64,000 nt of DNA from an uncultured Nitrososphaeraceae archaeon (lineage in GTDB: Archaea; Thermoproteota; Nitrososphaeria; Nitrososphaerales; Nitrososphaeraceae): the NCBI GenBank assembly GCA_963825865.1, contig CAWGVG010000013.1, positions 1-64,000 of the forward strand. The letters run 5' to 3'. Each line of letters opens with the position of its first letter. The first letter of the stretch is position 1. Below, piece after piece: positions 23,771-35,715 of the stretch. A program made the translations under genes and the position numbers. The notes below the pieces were generated by a model. That model saw nothing but the letters and a program-made list of their open reading frames with translations. It was not told the origin of the DNA and ran no database searches.

Positions 23771-24307
23771 ATCCAGATTCAGGAACTGTAGTCTGTCATA
23801 TTCCAGATACTAGCGATACCTGCGGCGGTGGGTTTGCAAGACAAAACTGTACTCTAGCAGGTCAAGACATAAATACTCCGTATGTGGCTGACCAAGAAGA
23901 TATGCTACTATGTGGTGACGATGATGAAAACAAGCCCGTCATTACTCCTCCTCCTTTTATCCGTAATTGTTGGTTAAGATATCTGACCGATGAAAATGAA
24001 CAAAACTTAGTTTGAGTCTGTGTGGATACAAATAATTTTAATTTTTTGATGATGCTAAGCAAACGAAATGTTTGTTATATGTTAAGGCTGATGATGCAGT
24101 TGTCATCGACTTTAAAAGACGATATCTTACAATACATAATAATCTAATTTACCTTAAAAAATAAAAATGTGGTCTTCTTTTAAGCGCCGCTAGCTTAAAT
24201 GAGACTCATTGCCGTTTAGCAACAATTTTGTGTGTCAAAGTGTTGTTCCTGTTGGTACACTTCGTTAGCAAGTAGATATTCCTGCCATTGCCACTTTTGT
24301 AGTGGTA

Positions 24308-24549
24308 TTAAGATACCAAATCTTCATCTATATTATCATTGCTGCATACCGGGTCAAATCCACTGCATATGTTGATGCGTTTTTCTTTCAGTTCCGGATC
24401 ACTTGTAACTATGCTCTTGTCCTTTGCTCCTGCATATACTGATGGCATTGTTGCTGCCTATTGCTGCGAATGTTCCTATTGCAAGTGTAGCTGCTGCAAA
24501 GATGGCAGATACTGTTACTACGTTTCTTGTGTTGTTCTTCATCTTTCAT
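24308..24549 (-). pseudogene. Small secreted protein, frameshifted
   Basis: MKNNTRNVVTVSAIFAAATLAIGTFAAI signal peptide; frame restored by removing one base at ~24458. Confidence 0.5.
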
Positions 24550-25090
24550 ATATATGATATCATCTATATATTTGACTTGAGGAAGTTAATACTTGTTTGT
24601 TATTGCTGATTTATTTAATGTAACGTATTACCGATTTAACTAGTATAATGTGATGCTGATTCATCTAGTATAATTATTGATACTAATAAAACACATAAGA
24701 TTATACTTTATTTTTATATCATTAGTATATTATTATACAGTTATCTTTTTGTTACTGTACTAATATAGCATACTTTAAGATACTTTGAAAGGATTGGGAA
24801 ATGATCATAAAAAAACAAATCAGTAGATGCGATGTTGAGATAAGTATTGGTAATAATTTTGTCGTATATTTACAATAGATTTTCATTAAATAATACTAAA
24901 TTTTTTGGATAAGTCACAAGAAATTGCTATGACAGCTATCGATCTAAATAAGCTATGTTTTCTATTCAACAAAAGTATCTTACTTTTGGTGTGTCGTTTT
25001 ACATCACATCAATGATGAGAACCATCGATTGTAATTTTTTTAAAAAATCCATAATACTATATTGTTGATAACTTAAGATGATAATTTCAG

Positions 25091-25351
25091 ATGGCAGAAA
25101 ATAACAGCGGTAAGAACAAAAACTACATAAACATAAAAAGATCAACTTTCAACAAAATAATTATCACAGCCGTAGTAGGTTTAATGGCTGCTTCATTTTT
25201 AGGAGGATATACCTTTGGAGGAGGAGGAAAGACTGTAACAGCTGTTCTTCAAGGGAATGCGGGAAATAATGCTTCTCTTACAACTGGCATTCAGCCCCAT
25301 CAGCAGCAGCCTGGTCCTCCTGCTGCTCTGGTAAAGGTTTCTTCGTTATAA
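25091..25351 (+). pseudogene. Third DsbA paralog, N-terminal membrane anchor only
   Basis: INIKRSTFNKIIITAVVGLMAASFLGGYTF versus ITIKRSTFTKILAVGVAALMVASFFGGYTW; no CxxC domain follows. Confidence 0.7.
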
Positions 25352-25694
25352 CATCTACCCAGCGATGTATTAGGCCCTCTCTCCCTTGCTTTTTTGTATT
25401 TTTTACATAAATAAATAATTAACGACAGTGTCGGATGCCTTCTGCGTACGACTTCCCACCAGGGCTATGATCTTTGGCCATAATTCCAATAAACCTTAAG
25501 ATGAGTGACTTTTCCAAGTGCAGCACATAGGAATATGTGTCTATATCTTTCTTAGCCACCACCACCACCAACTACTATATCAGTGGTATTGTATATCCTT
25601 GAATCTACCAGTACGACATTCAACAACAAGCAGCATAAACGCATATTGCATAAAAACATATTTTACTGGCACATATGTGTTGAAACTGAGTAAA

Positions 25695-26301
25695 ATGGCT
25701 AATAGAACTTTTTCTGTATCATATTTGTCTCTGCCAATACTAATAATAATGCTTTTTGTGGTGGCTATTGCGAGCAGCAGCAACCATACTGATTATAATA
25801 AAGCATTTGCACTTACAAATACATCGTCAGCATCATCATCAATACCAAAAGCTAAACAAGATACTTTCTCTGCAATAGGAACAATAAGTTCTTTGGTTAT
25901 TACAGTTCCTGAATCTGCTGCTGGATTTAACATTACCAATGCCTTTAAGGTTATTTTAGCCGGGGAGTGGAATTTGAGTGTCCATAAAGGAAACGTAACA
26001 AACTTTGCTAAACTTTCTTGCCTCACCTGTGGATGGTACAAAACCACATATTCATCAAATAACAAACTTCAAAAAAGTTAGTACAAGCCAGCAAATAATT
26101 CACCTAAAACCTGATAACACTCTATTAGTCAATGGAACTGTTGATATCAAAATAAATGGTGTAGTTGTGTGGCATAATGCATACGTATCAATATTGATTT
26201 CTAAAGGCAATACAATCGCTATTAGATTAAATGATAAAGATACACAAAATCATTTTGGACAACAACCTGTCTTGGGTATTGTTACTCGTTTGATTCTTTG
26301 A
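25695..26301 (+). CDS. Secreted beta-rich hypothetical protein, frameshift ~26008
   Basis: Signal peptide, ILAGEWNLSV..GNVTNF, then HIHQITNF...NHFGQQPVLG. Confidence 0.6.
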
Positions 26302-26593
26302 CAGATTGCAGTGATCGATGTGACTGTATATAATGACAATAATAAAAGTCAATTATTGCCTTTGTTATCATGGTCCTTATTTACAATACGACGACAACAA
26401 GAACTTCCAGCTACTAAACTCTTGCTTATAGAATAATAAGACCATAACAATAGTGCAACTGATACATAATAAAATCTGCTATCGCATCTTTTGGTAGATA
26501 AAAAGCCAGTATCGGTGAGAAGAATAGCAGCTGGTCAATGGAAGTAAACACAATCCAAAATATTGCAGATATGACTGCAGCTATGCATATATA

Positions 26594-27733
26594 AATCCAA
26601 CTTGAAAATACTTTCCTTGTAGCATCTAAAACAAGACTACTATGGGGTGCTTCTTCAGATTTCTATTCACTCTTGTCTCAACTGGGTTTAGATTAGGTGA
26701 ACGTTTTGGTAGAAATATTACAGTCAACCAATCTTCTGATTGCTTTTTTATGAATCGTTCTGTCTTTTTGCTTAGATGAAATGAAGCATTATCTATTACT
26801 AGGATGAAGCGTTTTACTTTGTTTCTTATCACATAGGATTTTATGCTTTTAAGATGATTTACAAAATCCTTACTATTTCTGGATTTGGTTATTTTGAATT
26901 TAATTCTGTTTGATGGATAGAGTAGTGTTATGAATACGTTAATCTTTGAGTTTAAGCCTTTATGAAGTATCTTTTGCTGGTAGCCTTTCATCATGTAATT
27001 GTTTGTTAGATATGGCTGCAAATGTAGCCATGTCTCATCTTCGAATCCAAGTAGAATCCTTTTTTAAAAGTGCTGAAGATACCCTCTTGTAATTGTCTAT
27101 GGTTTTCTTCTTTTCTTCATAATCTGACTCATGTTCTAAGGATAGTTTTGGTTTTTTGGAGACTATGCCAATGTCATGAACAATTCTCCATGTCTGCATT
27201 GGGCTAACATTCATCTTAAGAATTGAAGTAAGATATACTGCTAATAGTCTAATACTCCAAGTATTCTTCAGGTAACCAAAAGTAGTAGGAGACTTTGATA
27301 TTATTTCTTTAATCATCACTTTGTTCTTAACAGATGATATCTTTGGCTTTCTACCAGCATTACTTCTTTTGCTTCTTATACCATCCAATTCATATTTTTT
27401 TGTATCTTTTTATCCAATTGTATGCGTTCCTGTAATTAACATCCAAATTCTTGGCTATGGTTCTATAGGGTATTCCTTCCAGCTTCTGTTTTATCGCATA
27501 TATCCTTCTGTACTCTTCCTTGTCCTTTGTTTTATTCATGAAATCAAATAGTGCTTCTTTCTGAACCTTGGATAACACTAGATGTTCAGCTTTCACAGGT
27601 AGAATGGTAAAGTACTAAGCTAAAGCTGTTCTCATCTAAAATTATTAACATTCAGATAATTGTATGTTGATATAAAATGAGATACTTAACTTAGAAGAAT
27701 AGACAGTATGCAAGTATCTTTTCAATATCATGA
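26594..27733 (-). mobile_element. IS630-family insertion sequence
   Basis: HTH ORFs plus DDE domain (FEDE, VIDNASFH, FLPKRSPNLNPVE); imperfect ends TTGAAAA(G)ATACTT; TA at both flanks; interrupts a membrane-protein gene. Confidence 0.85.
26626..27596 (-). CDS. IS630 transposase (three ORF segments)
   Basis: ORFs 27390-27596, 27035-27388 and 26626-27021 join at A-homopolymers. Confidence 0.88.
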
Positions 27734-28177
27734 TAGATTATTATCTCCTGTTACAATCTTTTTTATTTGCAAAGACATCTGGCAATTACTTATGTCCAGT
27801 TAGTATTGTGGAGAGGCTACATTCTCTCTCCCCAGTACAAGCTCATTACCACCGCCTTTAGAATTTTCTTTAACAACATTACTGCTTTTTTTTGTATGTC
27901 AACATTCTAGGCTACAAGGTTATGACATAAAAGTACAGGTATCCAATATAGTGAGCAGTATCCACGCTCAGAAACTACATCAAACCCATTAAACTCTTTT
28001 GTGAACAGATGGATATCGATATCCCTTGGAAGAAGGTTATGCGTGGAATGCCCAAAGGAAGAAGATATGTCAATGATCGCGCTCCAACAATTGATGAGAT
28101 AAGTAGATTAACTCAATATCCCGACAGAAGAATCAAACCAATCTTATTAGCTATGGCTTCCTCAGGAATAAGGTTAA

Positions 28178-29378
28178 GAGTTATGTAAGCATCTGCATTG
28201 CTCCTATCTGTAAGATGTCATTTATCCTTCTCCCATGAATAGCATTGTAATTCTCAGTCCAATCTTGGACCGCTTGTCCAATATCTGATTGATTTCTGAA
28301 CGTACTATTGTCAATGGCTTTTCTCTGTAGCCACATCCATCTTACTTCTATTAGATTGAGTCTAGGAGATTTTGTTGGTAAGAATACCAGTGTTATTCTC
28401 GGATGGTGTTTCGACAATGCTTCTTTAGTTTTCTTTGATTTGTGTATATGGATGCATTGTCCAGTACCAAGAATATTCTTTTTATATTCAAATCATAGAA
28501 TGAATCAACTCTTTCAATGAAATCGATGAACTGATTGCTTTTCTTCGTTGTTGGTAGCAGTGTGTTAACATTCTATCGTTTGTATAATCGTAAATGCCAA
28601 AAACGTTCAACAAACCCTTTACCTTCTGATCATGTTCTATTTTAGCCTGAATAGAACACCATGAAGAACCACCATATGTTTTAGCTGCTATAGGTCCTTT
28701 TTCATCTTGAAACAGAAGGACATAATCTGGATATGTGTTGTTTTTCAGCTCTTCAATGCGCTTTTTTTAAATCATATTCAGGATCCTTGCTTTTACCCCC
28801 AAGAACACTCTTTGAACGTCTCCATTCTACACCATATTCTCTTAGGATATCTCTTACAGCAGTATGGCTTATCCCTCCATCTTCTTCTTTTACTATCTTC
28901 TTTTCCTTCACATATCCTGCAATAGACCTTAAAGACCAGGTTGAGAATTTCAAACCTATCTCCCTTGGATTGGTTGAAGATATACGCAAGATTTCATTCC
29001 TAGCCTTATCAGTTATCTTTATCATTCCAGAATAATCCATTTGGGTAAAAATACCTTTAACACCATAACCGTTGAATCTGTGTATCCACTTTCGTATAGT
29101 TTTATCATAGATATTAGTCATCTCTCTTATTTCAGGTACTGTATAGCCCTCCTCTCCAGCAAGAAGAACGATTTTAGCTCTGTACTTTATGTCAGGATTA
29201 TTATTATCTAGAAGGTCGTACAGTTCTCTCTTCTCCTCCTCCGATATCCTTCTGATAGGAGTATACCTCACATAATTGACTAAATGATAGTCAGCTAAAG
29301 CTATATAGATAAGATGAATTTGTCAAAAAGGCAAGTAATAGTTTACTGTAATTGTCAACTGACTAATTTACAATGCTG
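28178..29378 (-). mobile_element. IS630-family insertion sequence with TTAA (TA-core) target duplication
   Basis: TTAA at 28174-28177 and 29379-29382; HTH ORF 28753-29271; DDE segment FQDEKGP...FLPTKSPRLNLIE. Confidence 0.9.
28181..29271 (-). CDS. IS630 transposase with -1 slippery site
   Basis: TTTAAAAAAAG at ~28760 links DPEYDLKK to KRIEELK...QDEKGP; a further frameshift lies downstream. Confidence 0.85.
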
Positions 29379-30100
29379 TTAAGTGCCTGGGACTATCTAC
29401 GGTGGAAGGATATTTCTCCTATTATAACCTATTGCTGCCAAAATTAGGGTGTCTGCTGAAGACGAGGAGGGAGAATATTTTTCTTTTATTACAAATGCGA
29501 CGCTTCAAGAAGACCAGTTCCTATTTTAGTTGATTTACGGCCTCTTGAAGGATTAGCGAACTCCCATTGAAGATTTGCATATCAAAAATAACAGTATATC
29601 CCTCAAATAAGCATCTTTTCTCTTGCTGGAGATGATGCATTTATAATACCGACACACTTTAGATTGAAATTTAACGGTATAAGATATAGAGTTTCGTCGT
29701 TAACAAAATATATTTTTAATAGTTTAACCTCACCAAGAAACAATAAAGTGCAATCAAAGTCTGGGACTACTGTTTTACTATCTGATAGGATAGCATTTAA
29801 GTTATATGCGGCTGAACAGCATTTGAATAAACTTAAACTTATTGATTCTGAATATGGAGGCATTGTGGGAAAAGGAAAAATTTATGCTGAAATGGAAATT
29901 GATTGCTTCTTTGCACAGATAATTGGAGCAAAGGATTCTTTACTTTTTAAAATAAATGAAAAGTTTGAATTAACATTCCGTTTAATAAAATCGATCTAGA
30001 CATTGTTTATCATGAATTAAAGAGTAAGAACAAAGGAGATTTGCTAGCTGATTTGAAAAGAATGGCGACACAAAAGGAAAGATGGTTTTGGTTATTAAAT

Positions 30101-31146
30101 AGATCTCTTGTGTAATTAGAAGCTTAGAGCTATATTCCTCTTCACATAGGATATCTATCTGACAAGCTCTTTGATGTCCTATAGCAAATTATGTAAGAAA
30201 CCTTTGATATTCAGGTCATTTACCGGAGTAACTGTATCTGAATTTGAATCCATTTGTAACGAAATTGAACATAACTACGAAGAGCACGAAAGAAGACGTC
30301 TTCTATCAAGGACGAGAATACGGGATATAGGTGCTGGTAGACCATTTAAGCTTAAAGTTAAAGAAAGATTCGTTATGCTTCTAGTATACTACAGATTATA
30401 CATTACATATACATTATCAGGATTTCTGTTTGACCTTGATCAAAGCAATGTTTGTAGAGATATATCAATGATGGAACCACTTATCAAGGAGTGTATTCCA
30501 TTGCCAAAGAAGATATACAAACGTACTAGGAGATTAAGAACTATAGATGAAGTAGAAGAGTACTTTCCTGGATTCAAGGCTTTCATAGACTCTACAGAAC
30601 AAGAAATTCCAAGACCTAAGAACAAAAGAAGAAGGAAGAGTTACTATTCAGGTAGAAAGAAGAAACATACTGTCAAGACACAATTGATGGTAAACAGTGA
30701 AGGATTGATACTGCATAAGACAGGTCACAGAAGTGGAAGAAAACATGATTATGACATTTACAAACACAATCATTCTATAACTCCATCACAAGTTGAAAAC
30801 ATAGTTGATCTTGGTTATCTTGGCATTGAAAAGGACTTTCCCACTGTAAAGTCTGTACTTCGTATCAAAAAGAAAAAGGGTACATTGCTTTCATGTGATG
30901 AAAGAACTTACAACAAGAATCATTCTAGGCTAAGGATCATAGTAGAACATACCATATGTAAGATCAAAAAGTTTGGAATAATGGGTACTAAATTTAGAAA
31001 CAGATTAAGGAAGTACAATAACGTATCTGATATAATATCCGGTCTCCTGAACTTCAGAGTTATACAGTCTGACAGCATTTCAATCTAAGAAGACGGCTAA
31101 AACAAGTAGGGTGTTAGACTATAGCTGCTAATTACGCAAGAGATCT
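30101..31146 (+). mobile_element. IS5-like element (HTH_Tnp_4 + DDE_Tnp_4), 1046 bp
   Basis: TIRs AGATCTCTTGTGTAATTAGAAGCT / AGCTGCTAATTACGCAAGAGATCT; AAT duplicated at 30098-30100 and 31147-31149. Confidence 0.95.
30171..31088 (+). CDS. DDE transposase (IS5/ISL2-like), intact
   Basis: FIDSTEQ, YYSGRKKKHTVK, GRKHD, VDLGYLG, RIIVEHTI. Confidence 0.92.
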   Translation: MMSYSKLCKKPLIFRSFTGVTVSEFESICNEIEHNYEEHERRRLLSRTRIRDIGAGRPFKLKVKERFVMLLVYYRLYITYTLSGFLFDLDQSNVCRDISMMEPLIKECIPLPKKIYKRTRRLRTIDEVEEYFPGFKAFIDSTEQEIPRPKNKRRRKSYYSGRKKKHTVKTQLMVNSEGLILHKTGHRSGRKHDYDIYKHNHSITPSQVENIVDLGYLGIEKDFPTVKSVLRIKKKKGTLLSCDERTYNKNHSRLRIIVEHTICKIKKFGIMGTKFRNRLRKYNNVSDIISGLLNFRVIQSDSISI

Positions 31147-31434
31147 AATGAGCTACGAAACCATTTTATACACAGATCAATGTTAAATAAGCAAGTCTCG
31201 GTCCAATTATTTGACGACGTCAATACAAATACTAGCAGTAGTAGCAAACCAGAAGTTTATTTTTTAGTTAATTCTAGAGATGAAAGAAAAGCACCTATGA
31301 ACAAACCAATAATTTCGTATTTAGAAGAAAGCCTTCAAAACATGAAAGATATGATAGACAATATAAGAACTAAAGACCCATTATTGAAACTATGATTAAA
31401 GGATGATATTTCAAGATACTGCATGGGATGAATT

Positions 31435-31694
31435 CCCAGATGCCGGCGTTGGCGAACAGAATATCGATGCGGCCCTTCTGCTCCTTCACCGTGGCATACA
31501 ACCGATCAAGATCTGCGAGATTTGAGACGTCACCCTGAACACCGGTGACGTTGTTGTTTTTGCCGATCTGCTTGACTGCCGCGTCGAGTTCGTTTTGGCG
31601 GCGACCGGTGATGAAAACATATGCGCCCTCCTCTGCGACGAACCGCTGTGCCGTGGCCTATGATGACTGCGATTTTTCCTTCAAGCTTTTTCAT
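31435..31694 (-). pseudogene. Short-chain dehydrogenase/reductase fragment (GC-rich)
   Basis: MKKLEGKIAVI...[46 protein letters not shown]; Gly-rich motif deleted. Confidence 0.8.
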
Positions 31695-31840
31695 GATTTT
31701 TTACTCTTGATGGTAGGCTTTAAGTTTGTAAGAAATTAGCGGATACTTCCGCTCACGTTAGCTACGTTGAGCACCGTGGCGATGATGTGAGACTCGCCCG
31801 GACTAGCGAGAAAGACGATCCCATCAGAAATTTCATTAGC

Positions 31841-32295
31841 CTGATGAAGTTACATTTATTCACAAATGTTACTGTGGTAGATGATGCCAGAAAGTTTGTA
31901 TCAGACAAGTCATCATCTATCAAACCCGAATTAGAAAAACATAAAGTTGATGATGCTGTTACTGTAGACAAGAAACATAGTAATGACATTCAAGGACCTG
32001 AAGTGGAAGATGTCAGGCATGTTTCAGAACGTTACATTGCAAAATCAGACCCTTACATTGTGATGGTCTCAACTCCAAATGCTCTTGACGGTTTATTTGA
32101 ACATATGGAAAAAGAAGATGAAGAAACCTGCATATACAAAAGATTACTTTTGGATTATACTTATGGACTTTAAAATATACACTCAAGTAGAGAGAGTAAA
32201 ACCCTCGCAATCATTTGAAAGAGAGTATAATTTAAAATATCTGGGGCTTATCGGAAATGTTTTCCAAACCAGAGATATCGAGGCAGCGATACAGA
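31841..32295 (+). pseudogene. Fused remnants: 'TNxTVVDDA' protein plus terminase large subunit-like ATPase
   Basis: MKLHLFTNVTVVDDARKFVS, then RHVSERYIAKSDPYIVMVSTPN...DYTYGL and SFEREYNLKYLG.IGNVF (STP coupling motif and F-x-x-E-Y linker typical of terminases). Confidence 0.6.
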
Positions 32296-32471
32296 AACCC
32301 GTACTAATAACAATACTAGCAGTATATATCTATAAAGCGCTCTCCAGTTAATGATACAATGTTATAACATAAAAGTACGGATATATGCTATAATTTTTGT
32401 ATAATTAGCTCTTCCTAGTTCATATTTTTCATTATTTAAGATCAATCTGGTGGAGAATTGAATCTTTTACT

Positions 32472-34442
32472 AAAAATCTTATATAGTTCACCTTATCAAC
32501 AAATGTTCTTAAAATGTCCTCTAGTGGAGATGATAATAACAATATTGTAGATAGGAATGATAGTAATAGTAATAACAATATAATAACAATCAAACGGTCT
32601 ACTTTTACGAAAATACTTGCAGTCGGTGTTGCTGCATTGATGGTTGCCTCATTCTTTGGTGGATATACATGGCGTAGTACATTTTATCCTAATACTATTT
32701 CTCCTGTAGTACAAGCTGGAAGTGTTGGTCAGCAGCAGCAGCAGCAGCAGGCAGCCTACATTAGCAGGACAAGGAGGGATGCAACAACAACAAGTACCAC
32801 CAATAACCAAGGTAGCATCAGTAAATACAGACGGAGCTCCAACAAAAGGAAAAGCTGATGCACCTGTCACAATGGTAGAGTTTGCTGACTTTCAGTGTCC
32901 TTTCTGTAGCAGGTTTGCATCCGATACGCTACAACAGTTAGTAAAGACTTATGTAGATACTGGCAAGATAAAGTTCGTATACAAAGAGTTCCCGTTACCA
33001 TTTCATTCAAACTCACAGCCAGCAGCAATGGCAGTCTGAATGTGCCAACGAACAGGCCAAGTTCTGGCCATACCATGACAAGCTATATGCAACTCAAACC
33101 ACATGGGACAACCAGGACTCTAACACTGTGAAAAATACATTCAAGCAGTATGCTGCATCTTTGGGATTAAATGCTCCTTCTTTCAACTCCTGTTTGGACT
33201 CCAGCAAATATTCAGATAAAATCCAAAAGCAAAGTAGCGAAGGTTCCCAGTATGGTGTTAGTGGCACTCCTACCTTCTATGTAGGAAATCAAAAAGCTGG
33301 CTACATGCAAATTGTAGGGGCACAGCCAGTATCAAGCTTTGAACAGCTAATAAAGCAAGTACAAGCTGGAAGTGCTTGACATCTGACTACAAAAGACGGA
33401 AAAGATAAGATTACAATTAACAAACGCACTCTTGTTTTATCCCTTGTAATTGTTGTGTCTCTTTCTGTCTTTCTTATCACATCAGGTCCATTATCCTCTT
33501 TACTATTATCACCAGTAAAAATAAAACAAGTAGTAGCACAACAGCAACATACTAGCAGACCACAACAACCATCCAGTCAATCGCAGTCATCGTCTTCCTC
33601 TTCCTCACCGACGATAACATCAACATCACCTTCAGCATCACTCACTCACTTACCAACTAATGATGTCTCACCGACAACAACATCTAGTTCTCCATCAGCA
33701 TCACCATCTCCTAGACCACTCCAGAGCGACCAATCTGCTACATCTGCGGCAGCCGCAGGACTGCAAAAGAAAAACCAACTAAACCAACTAAACCACCAAA
33801 AGATGAAAAGTTCTGCCTAAAACATCCTTCTGATCCAAGCTGTGTTCTTCGTGGATGTGTTACTACATTCGAACCTACTGTCCAATATTACACTATTTCT
33901 GCTTCAAGTTTGGCTGATGCCTGGAATCAGGCCACGCATCACTTTCCAAACGCTCCAGGGAGGACAGGTCAAACTGAGTGGAATTTTATCGTTGATTTTA
34001 AACCGCCGGCAACTTGCATTTTAATCGTTAAAATAGTTACAACTCTTCCCGTTTGGCCAGGTGTCGAAAACCTTTGCAAAGAGGTACAAGATCCATGGAA
34101 TATGGCTATAGAAGCATTGAGTCAAATACATGAGCCAGGTCATGTAAATATAATACATGATTATTTCGATAACTTTGAGGTAAATCTAGAAGGAAAAACT
34201 CCAACTAGAGCTTTGGAGATAGTAAATCAACAAAATGCTAAACTGACTGACGCTGAGACGGCATATGATGAATCAACATTAGATGGGCGGGCTCAAGGTG
34301 CATTCATTACCGATACAAGCATCACTTGTGAATGTACTCCTCCGCCATCTCCTAGAGGAGCAGTTAGCCCTACTGCAACAACTGCTAATGGAATAGAATG
34401 CAATGGTCAATGTGTCGACCCATCTAGTCCAGATACTTGTGG
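32472..34442 (+). repeat. Copy 2 of ~1.97 kb direct repeat
   Basis: Near-identical to 20142-22111. Confidence 0.97.
32514..33379 (+). CDS. dsbA: DsbA oxidoreductase, copy 2 (frameshifts ~32750 and ~33035)
   Basis: CPFC active site; near-identical to copy 1. Confidence 0.9.
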
Positions 34443-35380
34443 CACATCATGCGATGACTTAAAACAATGTCCGCCACCATCTGATGGAACTGCAACTTGT
34501 ACTAATGGCCAATGTGGTCAGACATGTCCTACAGGAACACATCTCGGAACTACATCATCAGGTCAAGCATGTCTTCCAGACTGTACAGGTGGTCAAGTAA
34601 ATAATCCGCAGACAGGTACTTGCAAGTGTACATCAAATCAAACAGCTTGTGGTAATCCTGCTACCTGTCTAGACACAAACACTGACAATAACAATTGTGG
34701 TAGCTGTGGCAATGATTGCTCCGAAGCCCCTAATCCATCTGGCTCATCCTGTCAATCCGGCTCATGTCAATGTCCAGCTGGTCAAACAAGTTGTAATGAT
34801 CAATGTGTAGATACTAATACAGATTTAAATAACTGTGGTAGCTGCGGTAATGTATGTGCTACTGGTGCTAGTTGTAGTTCTGGCTCATGCGTATGTCCTT
34901 CCGACAAACCAAATACGTGCAATAACCAATGTACAAATATACAAACTGATTCCAGTAATTGTGGTGCATGTAGGTACTGCAAGCGAGAATCATGCTTGTA
35001 CTGGAGGCCAAACATGTCAATCCGGTACATGTCAATGTCCCTCCGGTCAAGTATTTCAAAATGGTCAATGTACCCCGTGTTCTTCAGATAAACCAGATGC
35101 TTGTAGTAATGTGTGCGTAAATATTCGTGATGAAGATAACACTAACTGTGGAGCTTGTGGTATTGTATGTAGCCCAGGCCAAATATGTACTAACGGTCAA
35201 TGTCAAGTTCAATGTTCAAGTCCTAATCAAACTCCTATGTGTGGAGATCAATGTTGTGTCAAGGCCAATTGTAGTGATGAACAATGTACAAGCTGGTGGT
35301 GGGCTTGCAATAATGGAACAGGCACAACTAGATGCTTATATACTCAAGATTGCAGTACAAAAGTACAGTGCGGCTTCTAA
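33382..35380 (+). CDS. Secreted DUF922-like HExxH protein with long Stig1-like Cys-rich repeat tail, copy 2 (frameshifts ~33760 and ~34972; start approximate)
   Basis: HEPGH; repeats CLDTNTDNNNCGSCG, CVDTNTDLNNCGSCG, CTNIQTDSSNCGAC, CVNIRDEDNTNCGACG. Confidence 0.82.
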
Positions 35381-35560
35381 ACGCCTGCTATTGATACAGC
35401 CCGATTCCTGATTCTTCCAATCTTATCGTGGAAGAGAGTGAGAGGAGAGGAGCTTAAGATATCTTGAGTAAAGAGATATCAAAATGGAATATGCAGGTTG
35501 TTTATTAATGGCTTCACCAAAAGACAAGCTTTTAGCTTTGAAAAGTAATGATAGTGTAAC

Positions 35561-35715
35561 TTGACATGGAAGGATCTTAAGCGATTCATCAACGATAACA
35601 ACTACAATAATGAAGAGAAAGAAGAAGTAATCAGCAGAACGTTTTAGAATATTCAGAGATCTTCCATTCTGGATATCCAACATTGAAGAGCATAAGAAAG
35701 CCGATATTGACAGGA
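35561..35715 (+). pseudogene. Probable N-terminal remnant of the terminase-like gene
   Basis: TWKDLKRFI...FRDLPFWISNIEEHKKADI resembles the PFWIWNIEEHK N-terminus I recall for this Nitrososphaera family. Confidence 0.4.

Larger units (their letters stand above)
27964..29495 (+). pseudogene. Tyrosine integrase fragment interrupted by IS630
   Basis: TLRNYIKPIKLFCE..IPWKKV..DRAPT..MASSGIRL | SAWDYLRWKDISPI..AAKIRV..EYFSFIT; frame restored when the IS is removed. Confidence 0.8.
29748..31395 (+). pseudogene. HEPN-like (RxxxxH) protein interrupted by IS5-like element (start approximate)
   Basis: Removing 30101-31149 gives ..RWFWLLNELRNHFIHRSMLNK..; helical N-terminal part FKLYAAEQHL...EIDCFF. 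Confidence 0.7.

Noticed and set aside
34660-35170. Periodic Cys-codon repeats as a CRISPR array
   Set aside because: Repeats are protein-level and degenerate at DNA level; no identical repeats or cas genes
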